DNA of 64,000 nt from Macrostomum lignano (lineage: Eukaryota): positions 1 through 64,000 of the forward strand of contig NIVC01000655.1 of NCBI GenBank assembly GCA_002269645.1, read 5' to 3'. This document shows positions 1 through 14,270 of the stretch, one piece after another. Positions within the stretch are counted from its first letter, which is position 1. Every line of letters starts with the position of its first letter. The notes beneath the pieces were generated by a model, which saw only the letters and a program-made list of their open reading frames with translations, made no database searches and had not been told where the DNA came from. Both the position numbers and the translations under genes were made by a program.

Positions 1-2089
1 AAAACACAATGGGACCCTCTTGTGGAATGACTCATTATTATACATTTTTGATAGTTATCTAATCTAATATATATAGCTAAGTAGTTATATGTACTAGTTT
101 TAATTCTAGGCATTAGGCCTTATCAAGATTAGAGGGTTACACTTGTCATTTCATTCTTCTTAATATCTTTGACCTTTTGCATAGGCTTTTAATTTAAACT
201 CATCTTTAGTATATTTCTATTTCTTATCACTATTCTTAGGTTATAGGATCTCGCTCAAAAGTTAATAATAGCTTTTTTAAACTATACAGGGCCTTTATTG
301 ATTATATAATGATTATTGAACCATTAAAGATTTAGCCTTAAGAAGAAATAGGTGAATAAGCAGTATTTGACACCCATTAATAAAATATTTTGAAAATCTC
401 TTTACTTTTTTAGATAGTCTCTTTTTATTATACTTAGCTTTAGTGCAAAAAGCTTTTTTATATTTTTTTCTTATTGAAAATTATATATTTTTATTTTTCC
501 TTTTTATATATTTTGATAATTATAAACAAGAGTTAATTTTTATATTACTTTTAATTAGATTTTTGTATACTTGATAAGTTAAAAATGTGTTTTTGATTTA
601 ATCTTCTTAAACCATTTTATGTTATAATACTCCAATGAGAAATCAACACTAAAATTGATTTATTATATTTATAAACTCAATTAAAACTAAATGTGACATT
701 ATTGATGCTTGTATATTTAATTTTTATTTATAATTAAGCTTTTTTGTATGCATGCTTTGTTAGCCTTATAGGTAATGGTCTAATGCAATTTAATCAAATG
801 AACAGCTTTCCAAAATTAAGAAAATATATTAATTTAACTAAATAAATAATGCTTTTTGGTAAGGTAAAATAAGAGTATTGTAGAGCATTTATTATTGGTA
901 TCATTTGTACTAATAAAATATTTCTATTTATTAGATTTAATTTTTAATTTAATCATCATGAATCAGGGCATTAAAAGACAAACTGGGATATCAAAATGTT
1001 TAGTAAATACAAACAAAAAGGTTGTTTCAGTAGTATTAGCAGGCATAATAGACAGTTATAAAATTAGGTAAGAAATCCAAGCAATACCAGATGCAAGCAA
1101 TCCCTAGATGACATTGATTTGCCTATTCTTACAAGATCTGACTTGAGCTTCCAATAAGTTCTTACTAGAGCCCACAAGATCTATACCATTCAAATGTATA
1201 AGCAGATCTTACATTATCTGCTAAGATCTTACAAGGCAAATCTGGAAAGATCTTGACCAAGATCTGCTAAAATATGCAAAGATCTATATGTAAGAAAACA
1301 TGTTCAACTTGAATTTCTAAGCAGATCTGCAATGCCAAATTAATTAGCCTATTTATAAGTGTATGCCTGCTTAACTTTAGATGCTTAAAAATATTTACTC
1401 ATATTCAGCTCAAGCAAAAATTGATTGTCAAAGATGTGCAAAGAAGAATATTAGCAAAATTTAGTAAGATGCAAAGAAAAAACGCATGCAAATATACAAT
1501 AATTTGAACATTGAAAACTATAAGTTATCAATTATTCATGGAAAAATCTAATGGCACTCTTATGAGGCAATAGAACTTTTATCCTTTATTTAATAATCAA
1601 AAAATTGCCTTAATTATATCCTAGTTTATACAATTTAAACCCAATGATTATACCTTTAAAGAGTAAAGTTGAAACTATTTTAGTTTTAGTGTTTGTCCAT
1701 TGACATACATTAAGAATTTATAGTAGCAAAAAACAAATATTATATTCAAGCATAAAAAATGTTAAATGGGGCAATTAAATGTGTGGATTTCAGTTGGCAT
1801 AAAACAGCAATATATTAACATAAAATATTACTAATTCAGTACAATGACTAATTACAGAAAGCATAAAACATAATCATGTGGGCAGCCATGCATTCAACAT
1901 AAAGTTAAGAAATACTTAAAACACAAAAAACTAAAAAACAATCAGTAACTAAAATAATAGTGTCTGCAGTGTGGACATAGCAGATTCATCTGCTGATTGA
2001 TGAGACAGTTAGAATCGATGGCAAACGTTTTTCAATACATATGGCACATGAGAGATCAATTTGGCAATTGCCGAGATTGTAGTAGCGGC

Positions 2090-2200
2090 AGCGAAACTAG
2101 ACTGAGATCAGCAAGACTAGACTGGGATTGGCAAGACTAGACTGAGATCGGCGAGACTAGACTGGGATCGGCGAGACTGGACTGGATCGGTGAGACTGTG
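2090..2200. repeat. 20-bp tandem repeat (GAGACTAGACTGGGATCGGC)
   Basis: About 5 degenerate copies. Confidence 0.8.
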
Positions 2201-2516
2201 GCAGCGGTGTGGACGCAGAGTAATGTTTTGTTGTCATGTTGCAAGGAAAGCTAGCCAAGTAAAAAGTTTATTAGTTATAAAGATAGGTCAGCAATTTTAC
2301 CCCATTAGTGTAGCAACGAAGGACGGGTAGAGCGCATCTGTTTTATCTGTTTTGACAGATAAATGTTGTATGTAAACATTGACGAATTGATTAGTTAACA
2401 TACTGAACTTTTACTTGATACTTTACTACTAGTAGTTGTATGTAACTTGATTTGTATGTAGCAAAATGAATTATTGTATTTAATTTGATTCCAGTTAACA
2501 CAAAAGCAAATCTATA

Positions 2517-4014
<1,498 letters not shown>

Positions 4015-4984
4015 GCTTGAGAAAAAATATTTTTGACCAGATTGACCGCATTGGCGTCAAAAAAACGAAGTTAGTATTTTATTAAAATGTATTTGAATTT
4101 TAAATACAAACAATGATTTACTTTATTTTATCTAATGTCATTCGTTTCTTAAACTTTTTTGCAACGACAGGTTTTATTAAAACTAAGGTAAATATCTATT
4201 TATGTACTTTTATTGCAATCAAATTTTCACACCGGTTTCGCTAGTTTTTTTGTGTATAAATCATAATTCAATTTTTCGGCATGCATTTGTTCGCAGTTGC
4301 TAAAGTAGCTTGTAAATAAATTTTTCCTCTCAAACATGTCCCAGTGCTTATTTTATTTTTATTTATCGAATTTTAAAAAAATTCAACTTTTATTATAATT
4401 TGTCTAGAAAAATACACTTGAAATGTTTATTGTTCTACTATGAGTAGACTTTTGCGAGCATGACTTGAAGCTATATATATTTTTTGTGCAACAATTTGCT
4501 ATTACGATTTATTACTGTACTGCTCAATGGTATTGCTATTGCAAGTTGCTTCCTAAACTGTGTGCCGTTTCCCACACACTGTACTTTCTGCAACTAAGCG
4601 TGTTTACCTTTACTTTTTGTGTCAATGATTATCATAGTCGGGGCGAAGTTTTTCTGCTTTTTTTTCTCTTCTCGTATACAGTTGTGCAATAAAAATATAT
4701 GTCGAATATTTTATAAGGCCACGCGATTGGCTTGTTTGTTAATTTGCTCTCCTTGTTATTTAATAATTATAAACAGTTAGAATTATTCATTAAAGAAATT
4801 TTCTAAAGTTGACGTTGCAAGAGTGCAAAAGGGTTTTTAAGATCACATAGAATCAGTTTTCATAGAATCTAGTAGAAGCAGGTTTTTTAGAATCCAAGAT
4901 AATCACGTTTATAATGATGCAGAGTAGAATCGAGTTTCTAAGAATCCAGGAGAGTCAAATTTCTTATAATAGGGCAGAATCATG

Positions 4985-5475
4985 TTTGTTAAAATCTAAG
5001 AGTAGAACCAGCTTTCTTAGAACCCAGAGTAGAATTAGCTTTCTTAGAATCCTGTAATTATCGAGTTTTGTTAGAATCCACTAGTTATCGAGTTTTCTTT
5101 GAATCCAGTAGTTATCGGGTTTTCTTAGAATCCAGTAATTATTGGGTTTTCTTAGAATCCAGTATTATAGAGTTTCTGAGAATCCAGTAATTATCGGGTT
5201 TGCTAGAATCCAGTAATACCGGGTTTCTTAGAATCCAGCATTATCAATTTTCTTAGAATCCAGCATTATCAATTTTCTTAGAATCCAGAATTATTAAGTT
5301 TCTTAGAATCCAGCATTATCAAGTTTCTTAGAATACAGCATCATCGGGTTTCTTAGAATCCAGCATTATCAAGTTTCTTAGAATCCAGCATTATCGAGTT
5401 TCTTAGAATCCAGCATTATAAAGTTTCTTTAGAATTCAGTGTTATCAGGTTTCTTAAAATGCTGAGTAGAATCAG
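4985..5475. repeat. ~25-28-bp minisatellite with TTCTTAGAATCCAG core, just upstream of ABCB7
   Basis: Read directly from the sequence. Confidence 0.9.
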
Positions 5476-5586
5476 GTTTATTGGAATCTAGTAGAATTCT
5501 TTTTCCTGGAAATCAGTAGAAAGCTGCGTAATAAAGTTCATAAACAATGCTGCAATCCAAATATACTACTTATTACACGACAACGC

Positions 5587-6677
5587 ATGTCGCTAATTGG
5601 GTGCTCTCGGGTTCTGCTGGCCAATCGCCTCCTGCTGGGCCGGTTGCCGCCGCCGCCCGCAGTCAGCCTGGTACTGCAGTATTCTCGTTGCTTAGCAACG
5701 CGTCGTCAGCTGCCGGACGCTGGCCAGCAATCGCAGCAGCAGCAACAGAAAATAATCAGAGCCGCAGGCTGTGCAGCTCACACGGCCATATCGACTCAAG
5801 TCTAGGCGGCACCAACATCGACGCTAAACAGTCCGTTCGATCCACAGAATGGGGCACCGTGAAGTACATGCTAAACTTTGTCTGGCCGAAAGATAAACCG
5901 GGAATCCGGGCCAGAGTGCTGCTAGCTTTGGGCCTGCTAGCCGGATCTAAGCTGGTTAATGTGCAGGTGAGCGTCTAAGTGTCTGAGCGTCCGGCTCTCG
6001 CGCCACAACTCCCCTCCCCTTGCCCCCTGGGTTTTGGGGCCTTTGGTGCGCGAAGCTTGGCCAAGGGGTTGACTTTCATGCCTGTACACCCTGTGTGAGC
6101 GTGTGCATGAGTGCGTGCCTGCGTACAGTACTGGCGCGCTTGCATGTACTCCGGGAGTCGGCAGAATGGGCAGAATTGCCGTCAGCGCTGGCTGTGGGAC
6201 AAAGTCGCCAAAGGCGTTGTTCCAGTGTGCCCGCAGCCTTCCCGAATATATTTATTTTTGTAAACTGAACTTCAATTCATGCTGTCTGCCTTTCTGTCAT
6301 AGTGTCTGTCTGTGCCTGTGTGTCTGTCTGTCTGTCTGTCTGCCTTTCTTGCTGTCTTAGTGTCTGTCTGTCTGTGTGTCTGTCTGTCTGTGTGTCTGTC
6401 TGTCTGTCTGTCTGTCTGCCTTTCTTTCTGTCTTTGTGTCTGTCTGTCTTTGTGTCTGTCTGTCTGTCTGTCTGTCTGCCTGTCTGTCTGCCTGTCTGTC
6501 TGTCTGTCTGCCTTTCTTTCTGTCTTTGTGTCTGTCTGTCTTTGTGTCTGTCTGTCTGTGTCTGTCTGTCTGTCTGTCTGCCTTTCTTTCTGTCTTTGTG
6601 TCTGTCTGTCTGTCTGTCTTAGTATGTCTTTCTAGATCTGTCTGCTTGCCTGTCTGTCTGTCTGTCTGTACTCTGTG

Positions 6678-6732
<55 letters not shown>

Positions 6733-6787
6733 GTGTCTTTCTAGATCTGTTTGCTTGCCTGTCTGTCTGTCTGTCTGTCTGTGTGTA

Positions 6788-6818
<31 letters not shown>

Positions 6819-6849
6819 TAGTGTGTCTTTCTAGATCTGTCTGCTTGCC

Positions 6850-6898
<49 letters not shown>

Positions 6899-9800
6899 CC
6901 ATTAGGTCTGCTGTCTAATGTCTGTGTTACAGATGTTTCTACATATATACGCGTAATGCCTCTCTGTCTGTGGAGGTCTGCCTACACACGAATCAAATAT
7001 CGAAGTCCAATTGTTTGCAAATTCTTAAACAGCGCCGCCTCCCCTCCCAACCGCAGGTTCCCTTCCTATTCAAGTACGCAGTGGACGCAGTCAATGACGC
7101 CAACACGGCCATAGGTTCCGCTGTAGGCGATGGTGCACCTGTTGTGGCCGCCGCGTTGTTCTCAGTTACTGGCCTTATCGCGTCCTACGGCGTTGCCAGG
7201 GCAACCGCTAGCGGTTTTAACGAACTCCGTAATGCGGTATTCGCCCGCGTTGCTCAGGACTCGATTCGCCGTGTAGCCAAAACTGTATTCCTGCACCTGC
7301 ACAGCCTTGATTTGCAGTTTCATCTGAATAGGCAGACTGGGGCTCTGTCCAGGGCTATTGACCGGGGCACCAGGTGAGAATCGCTCCACACCATGAGAAT
7401 CGCCCCACATCAAGAGACCCCACACCATGAGAATCGCCCCACATCAAGCGACCCCACACCATGAGAATTGCCCCACATCAAGAGACCCCACACCATGAGA
7501 ATCGCCCCACACCATGAGAATCGCCCCACACCATGAGAATCGCCCCCATTAAGAAACCCCACACCATGAGAATCGCCCCACACATCAAGAAACCCAACAC
7601 CATGAGAATCCCTCCACGCATCAAGAAACCCCACACCATGAGTATCGCCCCACACCATGAGAATCGCCCCACATCAAGAGACCCCACACCATGAGAATCG
7701 CCCCACATCAAGAGACCCCACACCATGAGAATCGCCCCACATCAAGAGACCCCACACCATGAGATTCGCCCCCCATCAAGAAACCCCACACCATGAGATT
7801 CGCCCCCCATCAAGAAACCCCACACCATGAGATTCGCCCCCATCAAGAAACCCCACACCATGAGATTCGCCCCCCATCAAGAAACCCCACACCATGAGAT
7901 TCGCCCCCCATCAAGAAACCCCACACCATGAGATTCGCCCCCCATCAAGAAACCCCACACCATGAGAGTTGTCCCCCATTAAGAAACCCTGGGGTTGTAG
8001 CCTAGTGGTTAAAGCGTCGCACCCACGACTTGAAGGTCGGGGGTTCGATTCCCGATCCAACTGTAACAATTTGTGTCCTTGAGCAAGACACTTAACTCTG
8101 CATTGCTTCAGTTCACCCAGCTGTAAAATGGGTGCCAGCATTAGCTGGGGCAATTGAGGCTGTGTGTGGTGACCCCCCAGTCCTTGGACTGAACAGCCGT
8201 ACGCAGCCTTCAGATGCGCGGTGCAATAGCTGCGGCTGAGCTGTCGGTTGCACATCTGGCCCAATTGGGGCAGGTGTAATCAATTATTAATATTATAAAT
8301 AAACCCCACACCATGAGAATCGCCAATCACACAACCCCGCAGAGGCATCAACTACATACTAAATGCAATAGTATTTAACGTGGCGCCAACCGCCCTGGAG
8401 GTGTCCCTAGTAACCGGCATTCTGTGGTACAAGTGCGGCCCAGCCTACGCCTGGGTGGCCATCGCCAGCATCGCCTCCTACGCGGCTTTCACATTCAGCT
8501 TCACCCAATGGCGCACGAAATTTCGTCAGCAGATGAACAAGGCGGATAATTTGGCTGGCAATCACGCTATTGATTCGTTAATTAATTATGAGACTGTTAA
8601 GTATTTTAATAATGAGCGCTTTGAGGCCGACGAATACGACCGATTGTTAAAGGTAAGTCTTTATTGGTTGGCAGCTAGTTCTACCTGGGGAGATAGACTT
8701 GCAGCCATATCTACTCAGGTAGACAGACTCACAGCCATATCTACTCAGGTAGACAGACTCACAGCCATATCTACTCAGGTAGATAGATAGACTCGCAGCC
8801 ATATCTACTCAGGTAGACAGACTCACAGCCATATCTACTCAGGTAGACAGACTCACAGCCATATCTACTCAGGTAGACAGACTCACAGCCATATCTACTC
8901 AGGTAGACAGACTCACAGCCATATCTACTCAGGTAGATAGACAGACTCACAGCCATATCTACTCAGGTAGATAGACAGACTCACAGCCATATCTACTCAG
9001 GTAGACAGACTCACAGCCATATCTACTCAGGTAGACAGACTCACAGCCATATCTACTCAGGTAGACAGACTCACAGCCATATCTACTCAGGTAGACAGAC
9101 TCACAGCCATATCTACTCAGGTAGACAGACTCACAGCCATATCTACTCAGGTAGACAGACTCACAGCCATATCTACTCACAGCCATATCTACTCAGGTAG
9201 ACAGACTCACAGCCATATCTACTCAGGTAGACAGACTCACAGCCATATCTACTCAGACTCACAGCCATATCTACTCATGTAGACAGACTCACAGCCATAT
9301 CTACTCATGTAGACAGACTCACAGCCATCATGGATCACCAATCCAAATGCCATATCCGCAGGACTACGAACGCGCATCGCTCCGCATTCAGACCAGCCTA
9401 GCGGCGCTGAACTGGGGCCAGAGCGCCATATTCAGCGCCGGATTAACAGCTGTAATGCTACTAGCGGCCAACGACATAGCAGCCGGCAGTCTGACAATAG
9501 GCGATCTGGTTATGGTTAACGGCCTATTGTTTCAATTAACAATACCATTGAACTTTCTTGGCTCAGTTTATCGGGATATGCGCCAAGCTTTAGTTGATAT
9601 GCACGCCATGTTCAGCCTGTTGCAATTGCGCGGCCAGTCTGATTATGATGCTGCAGATGAGGCTAAGCCGAAACTGAATGCCAGGCCAGATCGAGCCGAA
9701 GTGGAATTTCGCGATGTTAACTTTGGCTACGTTCCGGGTAGTGACATTTTATCCGGCTTGAGCTTCACTGTGCCCTCCGGCAAGAAGGTGGCTTTAGTTG

Positions 9801-10045
9801 GCGGCAGTGGTAGCGGCAAGTCAACTATAGTGCGACTATTGTACCGCTTCTTTGAGGCCCAATCGGGTTCTATTCTCATTAATGGTGTGGACATTCGGCA
9901 GGCTAGTTTGGGCGAGCTGCGCAAAGCTGTTTCTATTATACCGCAGGTAAAATATTCTAGGGGTATTCGGAATTGCAGTAGTAGTAGTTAGAAGTAGTAG
10001 TAGTTACTAGTAGTAGTAGTAGTAGTTAGTAGTAGTAGTAGTTAC

Positions 10046-10109
<64 letters not shown>

Positions 10110-10157
10110 TAGAAGTAGTAGTAGTTACTAGTAGTAGTAGTAGTTAGTAGTTACTAT

Positions 10158-10203
<46 letters not shown>

Positions 10204-10235
10204 TAGTAGTAGTAGTAGTTAGTAGTAGTAGTAGT

Positions 10236-10290
<55 letters not shown>

Positions 10291-11576
10291 TAGAAGTAGT
10301 AGTAGTTACTAGTAGTAGTAGTAGTTAGTAGTTACTAGTAGTAGTAGTAGTAGTAGTTAGTGGTAGTAGTAGTAGTAGTAGTAGTGTTAGTAGTTGTAGT
10401 ACTACTCGTAGTAGTAAGTAGTAGTAGTAAGTAGTTTAACACAATTTCCTAACACCCTTCACCTGACCTATCGACAACCCACCACAGGACTGCGTGCTCT
10501 TTAACAACACCATTCGTCACAATATACACTACGGCGACCTCTCAGCCACACCCGAACAGGTGGAGGCCGCTGCCCGCCTAGCCGATCTTCACGATTCAAT
10601 TATGCGAATGCCGAGACAGTACGATACTGTTGTTGGCGAGCGGGGACTCAAGCTTAGCGGTGGAGAGAAACAACGAGTAGCAATTGCTAGAGCCGTGCTC
10701 AAACAGGCGCCTATCCTTATCTACGATGAGGCCACTTCGAGTCTGGATTCTATTACAGAGAAGAATATTCTTAGTAAGTCTGGTTTTTCTACTAGCTAAG
10801 TCTGTACTTCTCTCCAGTGTCTAAAAAGTTTCCTGGGGTGCCGACACACCTGAAGATGCTATGAGTAGCGGCACCCACTCCTAAAAAAGTGGCACCAACC
10901 CTGAAGAATCGGAGGGTAGCGACACCCACCACCCCTGAAGAATCGGAGGGTAGCGACACCCACCACCCCTGAAGAATCGTAGGGTAGCGACACCCACCAC
11001 CCCTGAAGAATCGGAGGGTAGCGACACCCACCACCCCTGAAGAATCGGAGGGTAGCGACACCCACCCCTGTAGAATCGGGGGTAGCGACACCCACCCCTG
11101 TAGAATCGGGGGTAGCGACACCCACCACCCCTGTAGAATCGGGGGTAGCGACACCCACCACCCCTGTAGAATCGGGGGTGGCGACACCCATCCCTGAAGA
11201 ATCGGAGGGTAGCGACACCCATCCCTGAAGAATCGGAGGGTAGCGACACCCATCCCTGAAGAATCGGAGGGTAGCGACACCCATCCCTGAAGAATCGGTG
11301 ACTGCAGTACAGTGCTGGCACTCAATCGCTTCAAGTTCGCTTCCAATGCCGCTAACTACATGCTAATTTTCAGACTCCCTAAAAGCCGCCTCCAGCGGTC
11401 GAACCTCAATCGTGATTGCGCACCGCCTGGCAACAGTGGTTGACAGCGATCTAATCCTGGTACTGCAGGGCGGTCGAGTTGTTGAGCAGGGCAACCACTA
11501 CGAGCTCATAGCCCAGCCAGACAGCTTGTACAGTCATCTGTGGCGAGAGCAAAATAAAGGCGCTCAGGGATTTTGA
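5587..11576 (+). CDS. ABCB7: Mitochondrial ABC half-transporter ABCB7/ATM1; exons 5587 (or 5547)-5966, 7057-7373, 8343-8652, 9362-9946, 10488-10773, 11374-11576
   Basis: GT-AG junctions with consistent phases join VWPKD...KLVNVQ|[10 protein letters not shown]...AIDRGTR|[16 protein letters not shown]...[14 protein letters not shown]...[12 protein letters not shown]|...Walker [10 protein letters not shown]...IIPQ|DCVLFNNTI...signature [14 protein letters not shown], Walker [13 protein letters not shown]|...H-loop IAHRL...LWREQ. These are ABCB7-family motifs. Confidence 0.95.
6295..6895. repeat. (TGTC)n compound microsatellite, ABCB7 intron 1
   Basis: Read directly from the sequence. Confidence 0.95.
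7376..8325. repeat. CCCCACACCATGAGAATCGCCCCACATCAAGAGA minisatellite, ABCB7 intron 2 (split by the SINE)
   Basis: Read directly from the sequence. Confidence 0.95.
7990..8300 (+). mobile_element. tRNA-derived SINE with CORE/Meta-like central domain, inserted in the ABCB7 intron-2 minisatellite
   Basis: A box TAGCCTAGTGG at 7998-8008 and B box GGTTCGATTCC at 8042-8052. The central TGTGTCCTTGAGCAAGACACTTAACTC...CTGTAAAATGGG (8072-8132) resembles the MIR/CORE consensus. There is an AT-rich tail and a putative TSD AAACCC at 7984-7989 and 8301-8306. Confidence 0.8.
8690..9328. repeat. 30-bp minisatellite GTAGACAGACTCACAGCCATATCTACTCAG, ABCB7 intron 3
   Basis: About 20 near-identical copies. Confidence 0.97.
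9977..10435. repeat. (TAG)n microsatellite, ABCB7 intron 4
   Basis: Read directly from the sequence. Confidence 0.97.
10865..11298. repeat. 30-33-bp minisatellite CCCCTGAAGAATCGGAGGGTAGCGACACCCACCA, ABCB7 intron 5
   Basis: Read directly from the sequence. Confidence 0.95.
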
Positions 11577-11980
11577 ACTACTACTGTGTGCTAAACGCGA
11601 TCAGTGCTACTTAATAGTAGCATAAATAGGGGAGCATTTTTAATTACGAAGTTGCCTTCCTTGACTGCCTTGCTTACATACTCATTTGGCATCAAGTAGA
11701 TTGTTAGTGCGCGATATAGATATATGATAACAAATCAATTTATTGTAGCCCTGGATATTCTTAATAAGTACGTAGTAGAATGTGTTCTGCATAAGCTAAC
11801 TTGAATGCTTATTTTAGTAAATACATGTAGATGTTGTTTAAATTAACGTACGAAAAGTTATTGAATTGTTGAATTAGATTATGTAATGGCGTGTCTATTA
11901 TTCTTATTAGTAAATAGTAAATGAGCCAAAAATGTTTTTGAAGTTTTTGTTTTCCAAATTTCTTTTATAATTTAGTGCAT

Positions 11981-12392
11981 AGGGCGATTCCCCAGGGGGG
12001 TAATTAGGGCAATTAATTGGGAAGTGGAGGCGATTCCCCAGGTGGGTAATTAAGGAGGGGGCTGATTCCCCAGATGGGTAATTAAGGAGGGGGGCGATTC
12101 CCCAGGTGGGTAATTAAGGAGGGGGGCGATTCCACTGGTGGGTAATTAAGGAGAGGGCGATTCCACTGGTGGGTAATTAAGGAGAGGGCGATTCCACTGG
12201 TGGGTAATTAAGGAGAGGGCGATTCCACTGGTGGGTAATTAAGGAGAGGGCGATTCCACTGGTGGGTAATTAAGGAGAGGGCGATTCCCCAGGTGGGTAA
12301 TTAAGGAGGGGGGCGATTCCCCAGGTGGGTAATTAAGGAGGGGGGCGATTCCACTGGAGGGTAATTAAGGAGAGGGCGATTCCACTGGTGGG
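11981..12392. repeat. ~31-bp minisatellite GGGCGATTCCACTGGTGGGTAATTAAGGAGA between ABCB7 and CCDC43
   Basis: Read directly from the sequence. Confidence 0.95.
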
Positions 12393-12484
12393 TAGTTGGA
12401 GGCGACAGAGGGGCACTAAAAATCTCAAATCTTCACAAATTTGTTGCATGCGAGTTCCAACACCTTCAAGCAGCAGGAGCAGCA

Positions 12485-13808
12485 ATGTCGACAGCGGCGG
12501 TCGATGCCGACTCAGCTTCATCATCAACGGCGACATCATTCGCCGACTGGCTGGCTGACACCATCGCCCAGCTGGCTCCGACGGCCGCCGCCGCGCCGGA
12601 TATTGACGCCGCCAGTTTAGTGGACTATTTGACCGGCGTCCTTGAAGCCGACGCCGCCAGCGGCGAAGATGCCGACGCTCAGCGCGACTCGGTCCGCGAC
12701 ATCGTCCAGGAGTTCGGCCTGCTGCCGCCCGCTGCCAGCGAGGCCGACGCCGAAGCTCTGGCTGGCCGGATTGTCCAGGCCTTCAATCGGGACGCTTCGG
12801 CATCTGCCGGCGCCGCTGCTGCCGCGTCTTCAGCTTCGGCCGAGCTGACCGCGGCTGAGGCGGAAGCGCTGGCTAAGGTTCGCGAGATGACCGTCAAGCA
12901 GCAGCCGCCGCCGCCGCTGCAGCAGCAGCAGGTCAAACAGTCGGATGAGAAGCAGATTATTTTGCAGGTGAGGCTGCGGCTGTCCCAACCTCGCAGATCC
13001 TCAGTTGCTGGGTCAGTCTCCCAGATCCTCAGTTGCTGGGCCAGCCTCCCAAATCCTCAGTTCCTCAGTTGCTGGACCAGCCTCCCAGATCCTCAGTTCC
13101 TCAGTTGCTGGGCCAGCCTCCCAGATCCTCAGTTCCTCAGTTGCTGGGCCAGCCTCCTAGATCCTTAGTTGCTGGGCCAGCCTCCTAGATCCTCAGTTGC
13201 TGGGTCAGTCTCCCAGATCCTCAGTTGCTGGGCCAGCCTCCCAAATCCTCAGTTCCTCAGTTGCTGGACCAGCCTCCCAGATCCTCAGTTCCTCAGTTGC
13301 TGGGCCAGCCTCCCAGATCCTCAGTTCCTCAGTTGCTGGGCCAGCCTCCCAGATCCTCAGTTCCTCAGTTGCTGGGCCAGCCTCCTAGATCCTTAGTTGC
13401 TGGGCCAGCCTCCTAGATCCTCAGTTGCTGGGCCAGCCTCCCTGATCCTCAGCTGCTGGGCCAGCCTCCCAGATCCCCAGGTGCTGACCCAGCCTCCTGG
13501 ATATTTGACACTAGAAAATTCCCAAGTCATGCCCAACAAAGCGCCTTGAATCCGCTAATCCCCAGGCCTACGCTAACGTGTCGGACAGTGACGGCGAGGT
13601 GGAGCTAGCGGCAGGCGACAAAGGCCCGGCCATCAACAATCGGGCGTCAAAGGAGAGCGAGGAGCGACTGAAACGGGAGCGAATGAAGCTGGAGCATGCC
13701 AGCAAGGTGGAGAAAGACAAGGCCGACAGGGAGAAGCAGCGCGTCGCTAAAGAGACCAGAAAGGAGGCCGAGAAACGGCGAACGCAGAAGCAGGAGAGGC
13801 GAAAATGA
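12485..13808 (+). CDS. CCDC43: Coiled-coil domain-containing protein 43 homolog; exons 12485-12967 and 13566-13808
   Basis: N-terminal FADWL...DYLTGVL; the splice LQ|AYANVSDSD resembles LAQYADVTDEE; the charged C-terminus ...KEAEKRRTQKQERRK* matches the CCDC43 end KEKEKKRTQRGERKR. Donor CAG|GTGAGG and acceptor CCCCAG|GCC are both phase 0. Confidence 0.85.
12985..13497. repeat. 28/36-bp minisatellite CCTCAGTTGCTGGGCCAGCCTCCCAGAT, CCDC43 intron
   Basis: Read directly from the sequence. Confidence 0.95.
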
Positions 13809-13930
13809 TCATGGATCAATGCTGTACTTTCTAAGAATATATTTGGTTAAACATTTGCAGTATTTAGTCTTTCAAAGGGTTTTAAGTGGTTTATTTATTG
13901 TCGATTAAAAAAATTGAAGCTTGAGCTTTA

Positions 13931-14270
13931 AAACCGGAAGGGAATCGGTAATTAAAGTAATCGAAACCGGAAGTGAATCGATAATTAAAGTAATCGAAAC
14001 CGGAAGTGAATCGGTAATTAAAGTAATCGAAACCGGAAGTGAATCGATAATTAAAGTAATCGAAACCGGAAGTGAATCGATAATTAAAGTAATCGAAACC
14101 GGAAGTGAATCGGTAATTAAAGTAATCGAAACCGGAAGTGAATCGGTAATTAAAGTAATCGAAACCGGAAGTGAATCGGTAAATAAAGTAATCCAAACCA
14201 GAAGTGAATCGGTACTCAACTAATCTAAACCGGAAGTGAATCGGTACTCAACTAATCGAAACCGGAAGTG
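13931..14270 (+). repeat. 33-bp minisatellite containing ETS consensus ACCGGAAGTG
   Basis: Unit TAATTAAAGTAATCGAAACCGGAAGTGAATCGG; nine perfect ACCGGAAGTG plus two variants. Confidence 0.9.

Noticed and set aside
1-1110. Mitochondrial insertion (NUMT)
   Set aside because: AT-rich, but I recognised no mitochondrial protein, rRNA or tRNA motif.
7990-8065. tRNA gene
   Set aside because: It has A and B boxes but the acceptor stem does not close. It continues into a SINE core and tail with a TSD.
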